Below are positions 34,967 through 43,365 of a stretch of DNA of 43,374 bases, piece by piece. Source of the stretch: a virus (lineage: Duplodnaviria > Caudoviricetes). The stretch spans positions 1-43,374 of IMG/VR virus record IMGVR_UViG_3300037470_000442; one strand, written 5' to 3'. The notes beneath the pieces are model-generated. The model did not search any database and had not been told where the DNA came from. It was given only the letters and a program-made list of their open reading frames with translations. Each line of letters starts with the position of its first letter. The stretch's first letter is position 1. Both the position numbers and the translations under genes were made by a program.

Positions 34967-35127
34967 TCCAGGTGAGAAAACGGATTGGTGGGAGGTGGCT
35001 GCCCCTGCGTAGTGGGGTGAAGCCTGTCCCTGTCCGCTGTTCTAACTGTCATGCGCGGGGGTCGGCGAATCCGAAGGTTCTTCCGAAGGGTAGGCGGATC
35101 GTGGACGGCTGCACGGAATGCCGATGA
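34963..35127 (+). CDS. Small Zn-finger protein (54 aa, not in ORF track)
   Basis: CSNC..CTEC; ATGA overlaps both sides. Confidence 0.5.
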   Translation: MIQVRKRIGGRWLPLRSGVKPVPVRCSNCHARGSANPKVLPKGRRIVDGCTECR

Positions 35128-35297
35128 CCTGTGTTGTCTGTGATAGGCGTGGACGGGTGGAGTCTATCCGCGGGTTCACCATGCACCTGGAGTGTGCTCC
35201 TAAAGCGTGGGTGAGAGAGGACCGTACTGTCACGGCGTTTTTGGTGAGGGTTCGTGCTGGCGGCTGGTGGACCTGGCCGGAAAAGAGGAAGCGTTGA
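35124..35297 (+). CDS. Small Zn-finger protein (57 aa, not in ORF track)
   Basis: CVVC..HLEC; coupled. Confidence 0.5.
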   Translation: MTCVVCDRRGRVESIRGFTMHLECAPKAWVREDRTVTAFLVRVRAGGWWTWPEKRKR

Positions 35298-35827
35298 TCG
35301 ATGAACGTCGTAGACGCTGGATTCCACTCTCCGTCGAATTCCCGTTCGACAAGACCGGCACCCGACTGCAAGAGGAGTTCGGTCCGGCAGGGCTCGGAGT
35401 GTGGGTCGCCATGTTGACCGCCGCGAAACGGGCTCATATTCAAGGCACCTTCTCGTACACGACCGAAGAGGAGGCGTGGGCGACTCTCGGCATTCACTCT
35501 CCCCCGTTCCCTTTCGCCGACTTCATCGCTGTCACCGGCCGTATCAAGAAGACTCGGAAACGGCGTCGTGGACGGATTACGGACGTGCAGATAACAGCGT
35601 GGGAAGAGTGGAATGACACGCTCAAGACACGACCAAGAGACCTTAAAGACACGAAAAGTGACGCAAAAGACACGCAAAAGACACGAAAAGTGACAGACAA
35701 AACCCCTGGTCAGAGTACTCGTTTAGTAACCATTGAGAGAGACAGTGACACTGAGAGTGAGAGAGAGATTGAGATTGACGAATCCAACCCGTTTTTCAAA
35801 TTCCTGAAAAAGAAGGGACTGGTCTGA
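35294..35827 (+). CDS. Putative replication initiator (lambda O-like organisation)
   Basis: RWIPLS N-terminus, I.AWEEWN motif, internal direct repeats, E/R/D linker. Confidence 0.6.
   Translation: MIDERRRRWIPLSVEFPFDKTGTRLQEEFGPAGLGVWVAMLTAAKRAHIQGTFSYTTEEEAWATLGIHSPPFPFADFIAVTGRIKKTRKRRRGRITDVQITAWEEWNDTLKTRPRDLKDTKSDAKDTQKTRKVTDKTPGQSTRLVTIERDSDTESEREIEIDESNPFFKFLKKKGLV
35615..35694. repeat. Iteron-like repeats (candidate ori)
   Basis: Five GACACG cores; AAAGACACGAAAAGTGAC exact at 35645 and 35677. Confidence 0.65.
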
Positions 35828-36099
35828 TGAGCGTTCCTGTAGATCCCGATGTCATCGAGCAGATTGTCGGAGTTGATCGTCACCCGTTTCTCCATTTCGG
35901 CCGTGCCGTGTCGGCCGAACGGATGGTCTACATTCTCCACAGTCAAGCATGCAAGGACTTTGAATCAGACCTGGCCGACTGTCCCTATTCTCTGGCTCTT
36001 GACCGCGGTATCGACGAGTCCGCTTGGGAGCAGGACCGGGCCGTTCCACTCCAGATAAACGCAGGCTGGTTGACGCCTCGGGAGGTTCCTCTTGTCTGA
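35827..36099 (+). CDS. Hypothetical protein
   Basis: IEQIVGVDRH, YILHSQAC, CPYSLALDRGI. Confidence 0.7.
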   Translation: MSVPVDPDVIEQIVGVDRHPFLHFGRAVSAERMVYILHSQACKDFESDLADCPYSLALDRGIDESAWEQDRAVPLQINAGWLTPREVPLV

Positions 36100-36634
36100 G
36101 CGTATTTCGGGTGTTGCTCCGGATGTTCTAGCGAAACAGCTCGCCAACGAACGAACCAGACGGGAACGTTTGGAAGCCGAAATCCTCGCGTTCAAAGCAC
36201 GGCTGATGGCCGGTGACCCTCCGGACCTTCTCGTCGATGTGGCTTCGGTGATTCTGGAAGCTCAGACGGCGATGCAGGCTCCAACGTCTGGTGGAGCTCT
36301 TGGGGAGCGGGTGTCGACGGGGAAGCCGACGTCCCGGTCGCCGGTGAGGGATGAACGTCCGGTGCGTGCTTTTAATCGTTTCAAATCTCGGGTGGATGGT
36401 GCGGTGAATGGTTGGACGGTGGAGAAGGAGAAGGATTTCGAACGTGACCGTCCCGACCCCGAATCGTTAGCCCGGGTGTGGTGTCTTAGGTCTTCATGTA
36501 GCCGTTATCAGGTTTCCCTGCCCAAGTTTCATAAGTCGAAGAAGCTGGGTTGGGTTGAACTGTCTCGGATTTGTGTGGGGACTCTGGTGGGGTCGGAGGA
36601 AGTGTGCGGCAGGCAGATGGCGGACCGATCGTGA
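36092..36634 (+). CDS. Hypothetical protein
   Basis: GGAGG RBS; coiled coil plus Cys-rich end. Confidence 0.65.
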   Translation: MSERISGVAPDVLAKQLANERTRRERLEAEILAFKARLMAGDPPDLLVDVASVILEAQTAMQAPTSGGALGERVSTGKPTSRSPVRDERPVRAFNRFKSRVDGAVNGWTVEKEKDFERDRPDPESLARVWCLRSSCSRYQVSLPKFHKSKKLGWVELSRICVGTLVGSEEVCGRQMADRS

Positions 36635-36978
36635 GCAAGAGAATCATCGTTTCCGGCTCGCGCGACTGGGACAACCAGGACCCGGTGCTCGCCTATCTCG
36701 AATCACTCCCAGAAGGGTCCACAGTGATCGAGGGTGGCGCGCCAGGACTCGACCGTCTGGTCCGCAACGACATTCTCCGATTCGGACTCCCCCTGCACGT
36801 GGTGACGTATTGGGCGAATTGGAACTGGTTGGGGAAGGCAGCGGGAGGCGACCGGAATCAGCGAATGGTCGACGACGGCGCCGACGAAGCGGCCGTGTTC
36901 CCGTTGCCACAGAGCCGGGGCACGCACGACCTCGCTCGTCGTGCTGAGTCTGCCGATATCCGGGTGGTCCGACCATGA
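36631..36978 (+). CDS. SLOG-family (YspA/DUF2493-like) protein
   Basis: IIVSGSRDW, EGGAPGLD, GKAAG..RNQRM, SRGT. Confidence 0.85.
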   Translation: MSKRIIVSGSRDWDNQDPVLAYLESLPEGSTVIEGGAPGLDRLVRNDILRFGLPLHVVTYWANWNWLGKAAGGDRNQRMVDDGADEAAVFPLPQSRGTHDLARRAESADIRVVRP

Positions 36979-37202
36979 CGCAGCGTGACGTTAACCGGCG
37001 GTGTGTCGCCTGCGGCCGTCGACCCGATGAGGAGTGCTGTGTGGACTGTCATCGTGGCTTTACCTGGATTCAACCCATTTCGTTGTGTGTTGTGGATGAC
37101 TGTTCAAACCGCCACAAGGCCAGGGGCTACTGCGTCATGCACTACTCCCGGTGGAGACGGGGCCGACCCATCGACTCGCGGGAGGTTCTTGATGCCTCCT
37201 AG
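36975..37202 (+). CDS. Cys-rich protein
   Basis: CVVDDC..KARGYC..HY module. Confidence 0.6.
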   Translation: MTQRDVNRRCVACGRRPDEECCVDCHRGFTWIQPISLCVVDDCSNRHKARGYCVMHYSRWRRGRPIDSREVLDAS

Positions 37203-37560
37203 CACCCGTCCGAAGTCCCGTCCGAAGGCTGACTACATGAAACGAGCCGACAAACTCTTCTCAAAGTACGTCCGCGCTCGAGACGGCGCCTGCTTGAACT
37301 GCGGGTCGACCGAGTTCCTTCAGGCGGCGCACATCATTTCCAGGTCGTACAAATCGATCCGAGTGAACCCGGACAACTGTGTGGCCCTTTGCCGTTCTTG
37401 TCATGTCATGTTCACGCATAAGCCGCTCGAATGGGAGGCGTGGGTGGAGGCAAGGTTTCCGGGTCGATGGGACCGTCTCCGACGTCAAGCCTTGAAATAC
37501 GAGAAAGTGAATTGGAAGGCTGAGTTGGAGTCGTTGCGGACAGTCATGGAGAAGCAGTGA
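37192..37560 (+). CDS. NinG/Rap-like HNH nuclease
   Basis: ADKLFSKYVRARD, CLNCG, AHIISR, NCVALCRSCH. Confidence 0.8.
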   Translation: MPPSTRPKSRPKADYMKRADKLFSKYVRARDGACLNCGSTEFLQAAHIISRSYKSIRVNPDNCVALCRSCHVMFTHKPLEWEAWVEARFPGRWDRLRRQALKYEKVNWKAELESLRTVMEKQ

Positions 37561-37745
37561 GCGACAAAGTGAAGCTCTGCTCCTGCGGGTTTGACGCTCT
37601 CGAGCTGCAGGCGTGGTCTGTGGAGTGGCATGAGGCGCACAAGCCGTACCACCTCGAGGTGTTCCCCGGTGTCGCTGACGACCAGATCACGTTGGACAAC
37701 CTGGACTCGTTCATAGCTCGGGCTCGCAGAAAGGCTAGCGCATGA
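37557..37745 (+). CDS. Hypothetical protein
   Basis: GGAG RBS; coupled. Confidence 0.6.
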   Translation: MSDKVKLCSCGFDALELQAWSVEWHEAHKPYHLEVFPGVADDQITLDNLDSFIARARRKASA

Positions 37746-37849
37746 CCCGATCGAACAGTCTGAACCCGTGCGACCTGTGGTCGTGCTACCAGTTCGACGG
37801 CTGTCCCAAAGAGTGCATCTGTTCCTGTCATGCGAAGTCCACCAAATGA
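37742..37849 (+). CDS. Cys-rich peptide (35 aa, not in ORF track)
   Basis: CICSCH motif; ATGA overlaps both sides. Confidence 0.45.
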   Translation: MTRSNSLNPCDLWSCYQFDGCPKECICSCHAKSTK

Positions 37850-38094
37850 GCCGAATCGAATATGCTTTGAGATCCGTTGACTGGCACGATGACCCTTGGT
37901 GTCTCAACACCTGGCCCGGCGCCGAACATCCTCACTTTTGCCGTTACGAATACGGACATCAGGGACGCTGCCTTTGTGACGCTCCTGGTTGCCGGGCTTC
38001 GACGACGCGCCCGGCGCCGGTAGTCACGAAACCGAGGGTCTTGAATCCTGGTGAGCCTGCCTGTGAACTAGTAGAAGCAGTAGTCCTATGTTGA
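37846..38094 (+). CDS. Cys/His-rich hypothetical protein
   Basis: Coupled ORF. Confidence 0.55.
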   Translation: MSRIEYALRSVDWHDDPWCLNTWPGAEHPHFCRYEYGHQGRCLCDAPGCRASTTRPAPVVTKPRVLNPGEPACELVEAVVLC

Positions 38095-38119
38095 CAATGC
38101 GCGCAATGCGAACTAAGGT
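38091..38119 (+). promoter_or_regulatory. SigA-like promoter, probably leaderless
   Basis: TTGACA-17-TAAGGT, 7 nt to ATG38127. Confidence 0.65.
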
Positions 38120-38126
38120 TATGGGT

Positions 38127-38321
38127 ATGAGCAGCACGCCGTTGTGCCCTGAATGTGGTGGATTGGTGGAGGTCACGCTCAGCTTTGCAGTGATCTGCCG
38201 CCAGTACGGATCGGACCACCTGCGAGTGGAATGGCCCGAAGCAGATCAGTGGCTCATCGACAACGAACCTGGGAGCGGTCTGGCCCCCGTCGACGAGGCG
38301 TCTACCCCGACGATCCCCTGA
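38127..38321 (+). CDS. Small Zn-ribbon protein
   Basis: CPECGG..C..H. Confidence 0.55.
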   Translation: MSSTPLCPECGGLVEVTLSFAVICRQYGSDHLRVEWPEADQWLIDNEPGSGLAPVDEASTPTIP

Positions 38322-38473
38322 TGGCGATCATCCACTACGAACTCCCCGACAACCTTCACCGTGCTTTGAAGATTCGCGCAGCCCAGGAGAGCATCACGTT
38401 GAAGGCTCTGATCATCCGATATCTCGAGCTTGGCTTGTCGGGTGAACTAGTAGAGAGGGAGTTGACCGAATGA
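38321..38473 (+). CDS. Ribbon-helix-helix regulator
   Basis: ELPDNLHRALKIRAAQESITLKALI. Confidence 0.8.
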   Translation: MAIIHYELPDNLHRALKIRAAQESITLKALIIRYLELGLSGELVERELTE

Positions 38474-38811
38474 GCCTTGAAGTTGCTTACGGCGAAGTGC
38501 ATACCTGTTCCAGCCACGACCATGAGGCCTGCGAGACGCGACCTGCTTATCGTCCTCCCACCCGTGAGGACATTCTGACCGCAGTCAAAGAATTGGGAGG
38601 GTTAGAAGTCGACTTTCGTGCTCCGATCATGGTGCCGGGGAAACTACACGTTGAGGACATGTGGATGAGAGCAGGCCGTTATCTGATCGTCCCTCTCGAT
38701 ACAGGAGACACCGAACCGACACTCTGTCCTGTCTGCAAGGATGACCCGGGAGAGGTGCCTTGCCTGACGTGCATGGATACCGGGTTGGTCGATACAGGAG
38801 ACACCGAATGA
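38470..38811 (+). CDS. Hypothetical protein with duplicated DTGDTE end
   Basis: GGGAG RBS; internal 20-bp repeat. Confidence 0.6.
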   Translation: MSLEVAYGEVHTCSSHDHEACETRPAYRPPTREDILTAVKELGGLEVDFRAPIMVPGKLHVEDMWMRAGRYLIVPLDTGDTEPTLCPVCKDDPGEVPCLTCMDTGLVDTGDTE

Positions 38812-39014
38812 GCCCTTTGCATTCTCACCCTTGCGGGCTGTGTGGCAGGCACCCCGCCGAAGGGTTCGCTTCGATAGGTGACCACTGGTACTGCCACGCA
38901 GACAACGCTCCGTCTTGCTATGAGCAGATGCAGCATCTTCTCGCATCGGCCGACCGTTCGTGGGATGGGCTGACTGACGCCGAGGCCGCGGCCGAGGATG
39001 CGACATGGAAATGA
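38808..39014 (+). CDS. Small Cys-rich protein
   Basis: CGLCG..YCH..CY; AGGAG RBS. Confidence 0.6.
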   Translation: MSPLHSHPCGLCGRHPAEGFASIGDHWYCHADNAPSCYEQMQHLLASADRSWDGLTDAEAAAEDATWK

Positions 39015-39340
39015 CCTTGCCTGATACTCCGTTTGTCTGTGAGAACATCGACGTGATCTGGTGGTGCGAGGAACATAGATGCGCTGGCGACTCGGCAGCT
39101 ACGCCGTGTGAGTATTGGTTCGCCGACAGCCAAATAGCGTCCGAATGGGGCGTTGGGCCAGCCGACAACCCAAAGCCTTGTCGCATGGTGGAGCGTGGCC
39201 TGGTCGATTTGAGTGAGGTCATTCCCGCCGAAGTGGAAACCCAATCCGATTGTCAGGGTTGTATCGACGGGGAGGACAGACACAAGTGGCAGCCAGTCGG
39301 CTACGAGGAGCGTTTTATCACCGAATGGAGACCAGTGTGA
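39005..39340 (+). CDS. Hypothetical protein
   Basis: GAGGA RBS; ends ERFITEWRPV. Confidence 0.6.
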   Translation: MEMTLPDTPFVCENIDVIWWCEEHRCAGDSAATPCEYWFADSQIASEWGVGPADNPKPCRMVERGLVDLSEVIPAEVETQSDCQGCIDGEDRHKWQPVGYEERFITEWRPV

Positions 39341-39918
39341 GGATCAGCACAGAAGAACGGTTTCTGCGGAAAGTCGACAAGCAGGAGGACGGTTGTTGGG
39401 AGTGGGCTGCGTCGCGCAACCAGGATGGTTATGGGCTCTTCAACATGGAGGGCACCAGCAAGGCACACCGAGCCTCCTATCTTCTGTTCGTCGGGCCGAT
39501 CCCCGAAGGACTCACCATCGACCATCTCTGCCGCAACCGGGGCTGTGTCAACCCTGAGCATTTAGAGCCGGTCACGCTCAGAGAGAACGTCTTGCGCGGC
39601 CTCACCCTGGCTGCTGCCAACGCTGCCAAGTCACACTGTTACCGCGGCCACCCTCTCTACGGGGAGAACCTTCGTATCGACCAGCTCGGTAAACGCGTCT
39701 GCCGGGAGTGCCGCCGACTGATCCAATCTCCGTCTCGGGCCGACATGCCGCGTTGTGTCGTAGACGACTGCGGTAAACGAGCGCAAGCTCGCGGGCTCTG
39801 TAACGGTCACTATCACAAGCAACGTGCGGCTGGTAAATGGCAGCCTGTGGTATCTACTAATCAGTCCCATTCGGAGTCAGGTTTAGTAGTTGAGCCGGTG
39901 GTATCGGACAAGGAATGA
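39337..39918 (+). CDS. HNH endonuclease (HNH_3 type) with Zn modules
   Basis: CWEW, AHRASY, IDHLCRNRGCVNPEHLEPVT..EN, HCYRGH. Confidence 0.9.
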   Translation: MRISTEERFLRKVDKQEDGCWEWAASRNQDGYGLFNMEGTSKAHRASYLLFVGPIPEGLTIDHLCRNRGCVNPEHLEPVTLRENVLRGLTLAAANAAKSHCYRGHPLYGENLRIDQLGKRVCRECRRLIQSPSRADMPRCVVDDCGKRAQARGLCNGHYHKQRAAGKWQPVVSTNQSHSESGLVVEPVVSDKE

Positions 39919-40229
39919 CTAAGACTCTTGCGAAGTGGCTTCATGCCCGAGCGTGCGATTGGAAGATTCCCGGTCGTGCTGTGCTCCACAATGGTCTCTG
40001 GCACAAGTACGAGGGCGAGACGCCAGGCTGGGCTGAGTGCGGGACCTGGATTGCTCCAGCGTTCGTCCAGGCATGGTGCGGGAAGGGCGAGAAGCATGAC
40101 AACCCTTGGGACTCGGGTGGGTACAAGCGGGACTGGCTATGTCGTCGCTGCTTCGTCGAGGAAATCGTGATTATGGAAAACCTGCGGTCAATGTGGGTGG
40201 ATTTGGTATCGGACAAGGAGCACTCATGA
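39915..40229 (+). CDS. Hypothetical protein
   Basis: AAGGA RBS in repeat; ends VSDKEHS. Confidence 0.65.
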   Translation: MTKTLAKWLHARACDWKIPGRAVLHNGLWHKYEGETPGWAECGTWIAPAFVQAWCGKGEKHDNPWDSGGYKRDWLCRRCFVEEIVIMENLRSMWVDLVSDKEHS

Positions 40230-40618
40230 CGACGAAGCATCCGGTGTTCGCGGGCTGCAAAGGGGCCAACTGTCTCGATGGTCGTGAGGTGGTCGTCTGG
40301 GTAAATGCTGGCCTGTCTCATACGGGCGACGGCAGAGACAAGCGCATGCGAGTTGACGGGTGTATCGCCGATCTTGTGGGCGCCCTCTACCCGTTGGCAG
40401 CGTCGTCTTGTTGCGGTCATGGGCAGACGGAGGGTCGGATTCTTCTCTACGACGGTCGGGTGCTTCGGGTGTACCACGACAGATCGTCGGAGGGGGCGAT
40501 GCCAACAGGAGAGTGGGGCTACGACCGAAGCAAAGACCTGCCTGAGTACTACCCATCAGAGCATCCTGACGACTACGACGAACGAGTAGCCGCGTGGGTA
40601 TCGGACAAGGAGCAGTAA
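40226..40618 (+). CDS. Hypothetical protein
   Basis: VDGCIADLV.AL..SCCGHG motif; ends VSDKEQ. Confidence 0.7.
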   Translation: MTTKHPVFAGCKGANCLDGREVVVWVNAGLSHTGDGRDKRMRVDGCIADLVGALYPLAASSCCGHGQTEGRILLYDGRVLRVYHDRSSEGAMPTGEWGYDRSKDLPEYYPSEHPDDYDERVAAWVSDKEQ

Positions 40619-40890
40619 TGGGATATGCGAATTACTTGTACGACGGGAAACTGTGCGGATATGCCGTTCCCGATGAGTGCAACCAAGATGGCTGCGAGAC
40701 ACCAATCGACCGAGGGCTGGCCTATAGCTGCGGAAACGGTCCCGGTGAGGCCGACGACTACTGTGACGGCTATTTTTGCGGGGAGCACCTGTACTTCGTA
40801 GACCCAGAGGTTTCGGATTCTCGACAGTTGTGTGGGGCTTGTCTTGCCGATGCCGAGGTCTTGGTGGTATCGGACAAGGAGCAACAGTGA
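40618..40890 (+). CDS. Cys-rich hypothetical protein
   Basis: GYAV..C...GC...IDRGLAY.CG..C.GYFC..H; ends VSDKEQQ. Confidence 0.7.
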   Translation: MGYANYLYDGKLCGYAVPDECNQDGCETPIDRGLAYSCGNGPGEADDYCDGYFCGEHLYFVDPEVSDSRQLCGACLADAEVLVVSDKEQQ

Positions 40891-41114
40891 GCCTACGAGA
40901 AGGAGCTATCGACGTTCTAATGCCATTCGCTCCGGTGGAGATCAACGACCCCGAAGCCTGGATGGGGGAGGCTCTTGATTATCTCCTGGACTACCTGACC
41001 GCCAACGCCGACGAGTGGGAGGAGGCGTACGGCATCCCGTTCGAGGAGGGCCGAGTCCGGGCGATCGCCAAAGGTCTCATCGCTGCTCTCCGCATCCAGG
41101 AGAACCAACCATGA
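40887..41114 (+). CDS. Hypothetical protein
   Basis: RBS in repeat; ends IQENQP. Confidence 0.6.
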   Translation: MSLREGAIDVLMPFAPVEINDPEAWMGEALDYLLDYLTANADEWEEAYGIPFEEGRVRAIAKGLIAALRIQENQP

Positions 41115-41269
41115 GCGACATTCGATTCACAATCAACGTGTCCGACTATGAGAAGGACGGTCGTGCTGTTGCCGACTGGCGTGAGGACGACCGCTTCGAC
41201 GTTCTGACCGACCTCGCCATGCTGCTGTTTTCTGATGTGGACGTGAACACGGACGGGTTGATTTCGTGA
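41111..41269 (+). CDS. Hypothetical protein
   Basis: AGGAG RBS; coupled. Confidence 0.55.
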   Translation: MSDIRFTINVSDYEKDGRAVADWREDDRFDVLTDLAMLLFSDVDVNTDGLIS

Positions 41270-41631
41270 AACCAATCATGAGCGAAGCAAGACTGGAACT
41301 GGTCGAGACCAAGCAGGTTCGTCAGTTCGCCTTTGACATTGTGATGGGCGTGTTGGGTATGGACGAGTCCGACATGGACGACCAGGCTTACGCCTCAGAG
41401 CAGGTCGAAGGCTGGATGGAGCATTGGGGAAAGTCTCGCCAGGTCTTGTCCGTATCAGTCGAGGAGTTCTCAGTACCGTTGCTGAACATCGTCGGGAACG
41501 CAATTGCCGAGGAGTACGACAAGCACCCTGCCAGTACCCGACACTTGACTAGATCTTTCCGTAATCGACTAGCTCGTGCTGCTCTTAAGGCTGCTTTCAA
41601 CTTGGGCATACAGGAGAAGGCAGACACATGA
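41266..41631 (+). CDS. Hypothetical protein
   Basis: Ends IQEKADT. Confidence 0.6.
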   Translation: MKPIMSEARLELVETKQVRQFAFDIVMGVLGMDESDMDDQAYASEQVEGWMEHWGKSRQVLSVSVEEFSVPLLNIVGNAIAEEYDKHPASTRHLTRSFRNRLARAALKAAFNLGIQEKADT

Positions 41632-41879
41632 GCGAACGTAAGCCGATTCCCGTAGATGGTCTGCTCCTGTCGGAGGTTCTCGACCGGATACATGCTGACT
41701 GTGAGGGTGATCCTATGTGGTGCCTACCGGTGCAACTCGTTGAGGGCACACTGCGAGAACCAGTCGAAATGCCAGTGCTCGATGACGACGGCCAGCAGCA
41801 TTGGATGATGGTGGATCGTATTCCTGCCGGGTCGACCTTGTTCGGCTGTCCGGTCGTGGAGAAGGCAGACACCACGTGA
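41628..41879 (+). CDS. Hypothetical protein
   Basis: Ends VEKADTT. Confidence 0.6.
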   Translation: MSERKPIPVDGLLLSEVLDRIHADCEGDPMWCLPVQLVEGTLREPVEMPVLDDDGQQHWMMVDRIPAGSTLFGCPVVEKADTT

Positions 41880-42094
41880 AGGCCGGTCGGATTCAAGCCA
41901 AAGACATCACCGACGAACAGTTCCTCGACGCCATTCGTATCAGAGCCCATCCTTGGGGTGTTGCGTTCAGTTGGGATGAACGGAACGTCCAACTGGTCGG
42001 CCACAAGGTGGCTTTAGCTAAGGCTCGTTCGATGCACCGTCGCGGCCTGCTCGATGACTTGATGTTCTGTGGTTGTGGATGCCGGGGCGATTGA
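41876..42094 (+). CDS. Hypothetical protein
   Basis: QAKDITDEQFL..KV.LAK..RGLL..CGCRGD motif. Confidence 0.65.
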   Translation: MKAGRIQAKDITDEQFLDAIRIRAHPWGVAFSWDERNVQLVGHKVALAKARSMHRRGLLDDLMFCGCGCRGD

Positions 42095-42183
42095 AAACCA
42101 TCGACACCACCTGAATCCTGAACGGTCGTTCAATCCGTCCGTCATGACGCGATTTTGTCATATCCAACAGGCAGAATAAGCGT

Positions 42184-42921
42184 ATGTCACGATCGGATGA
42201 TCCGTGCGGCACGGTCGCACTCTGCTCTTGGAAAACGGCCACGCTGCTCACTAACGCCGGCCGTCCGACAACCCCCTTCGACCTGTGCATCGGTATCGGC
42301 GCATCGGGTGAACCTTGCGGTCGGAAAGCTGTCACCAGATTGGCAAAGAAGGACGAAGATCCCGACGATGTGTTCCCCGGTCAGCCGTTCTGCAATGCTC
42401 ACTTGAAACAGGTCCTGGACGCTGCATTCGAGATTCTCCGAACCCGAGGCTACGAACCGTCGTCTCTCATCCGGACGGCCAGGGACCTGCAGAGAGAAGT
42501 CGACGAGCTGCGCGTCAAAAACCGGACTCGGGAGAAACGCCAGTTCCGTCGTGACTGGGTGTACTTCTGCCAGATAGACGATGTTGTAAAGATCGGCCAT
42601 TCGGTAGACGTGGACAACCGGATACGATCGTTCGCCTCCTACGGGCATACTGTCCGTCTGCTCGCTATCGAAGCTGGAGGTCGAGCTCTCGAGGGTCGCT
42701 TGCATCGAAAGTTCGCCGAACACAGGTCAGCTAAGGGCTACTCGCGGGAACTGTTCAACATGACCCCCGAGATCATGGACTACGTCTACAACGGCCGTAC
42801 TTGCGCTAACTGCAAGGAGAAGGCGCTCCCCACTCGGACTGTCTGCGCTTTCCACGAGCCAGCCAGATACGACCCCGAAGACCTTGTGCAATTACACATG
42901 ACGGTCGAAGCGCCCAGCTAA
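42184..42921 (+). CDS. T5orf172/GIY-YIG-like domain protein
   Basis: VYF..VKIGHS..RI..LE..LHRKF..R..ELF. Confidence 0.8.
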   Translation: MSRSDDPCGTVALCSWKTATLLTNAGRPTTPFDLCIGIGASGEPCGRKAVTRLAKKDEDPDDVFPGQPFCNAHLKQVLDAAFEILRTRGYEPSSLIRTARDLQREVDELRVKNRTREKRQFRRDWVYFCQIDDVVKIGHSVDVDNRIRSFASYGHTVRLLAIEAGGRALEGRLHRKFAEHRSAKGYSRELFNMTPEIMDYVYNGRTCANCKEKALPTRTVCAFHEPARYDPEDLVQLHMTVEAPS

Positions 42922-43039
42922 CTACTCTTTTTCCCGGGTAATAGAACTATAGTGGGATCACTGTCTCAGACGTGCGTCCCGACCAGCACAATTTCCAGGG
43001 AGTCTCCGTGATCATCTCTTGGAACCAGGACGCCCACAG

Positions 43040-43327
43040 GTGAAGGCCAAACGTCCGTGTCTTGACTGCGGTACTCCCACCACGAGCAGCCGATGCCCCA
43101 CCCACACCCCCACTCGCCTTGAGGAACCACTCCAACAACGCATCCTCAAACAATGGCGTACAGAACACGGCAACCTCTGCGCCGGCATACCAGAACTAGA
43201 CCACGCACCCCACTACACCCTCCACCTGTCAGTAGACCACCTACTCCCCCAGTCCCTAGGCGGCACACTCGCAGACGGCTACCGAGTGGTATGTACTCAG
43301 ATCAACGCCACACGGGGGGCGGGGTGA
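43040..43327 (+). CDS. Packaging-associated HNH-like protein
   Basis: RPCLDCG..RCPTH, VDHLLP..GG..C..N; adjacent to cos/terS. Confidence 0.75.
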   Translation: MKAKRPCLDCGTPTTSSRCPTHTPTRLEEPLQQRILKQWRTEHGNLCAGIPELDHAPHYTLHLSVDHLLPQSLGGTLADGYRVVCTQINATRGAG

Positions 43328-43365
43328 ACACGGGACACCAATAGTCACCCCCACTGGCGCCCCTA

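Larger units (their letters stand above)
39900..40880 (+). repeat. Four copies of gene-boundary repeat GGTATCGGACAAGGA
   Basis: Exact copies at 39900, 40205, 40597, 40866, each at a gene 3' end. Confidence 0.9.

Noticed and set aside
39900-40880. Integron attC sites or CRISPR repeats
   Set aside because: The motif is not palindromic, lacks RYYYAAC/GTTRRRY ends and is separated by whole genes
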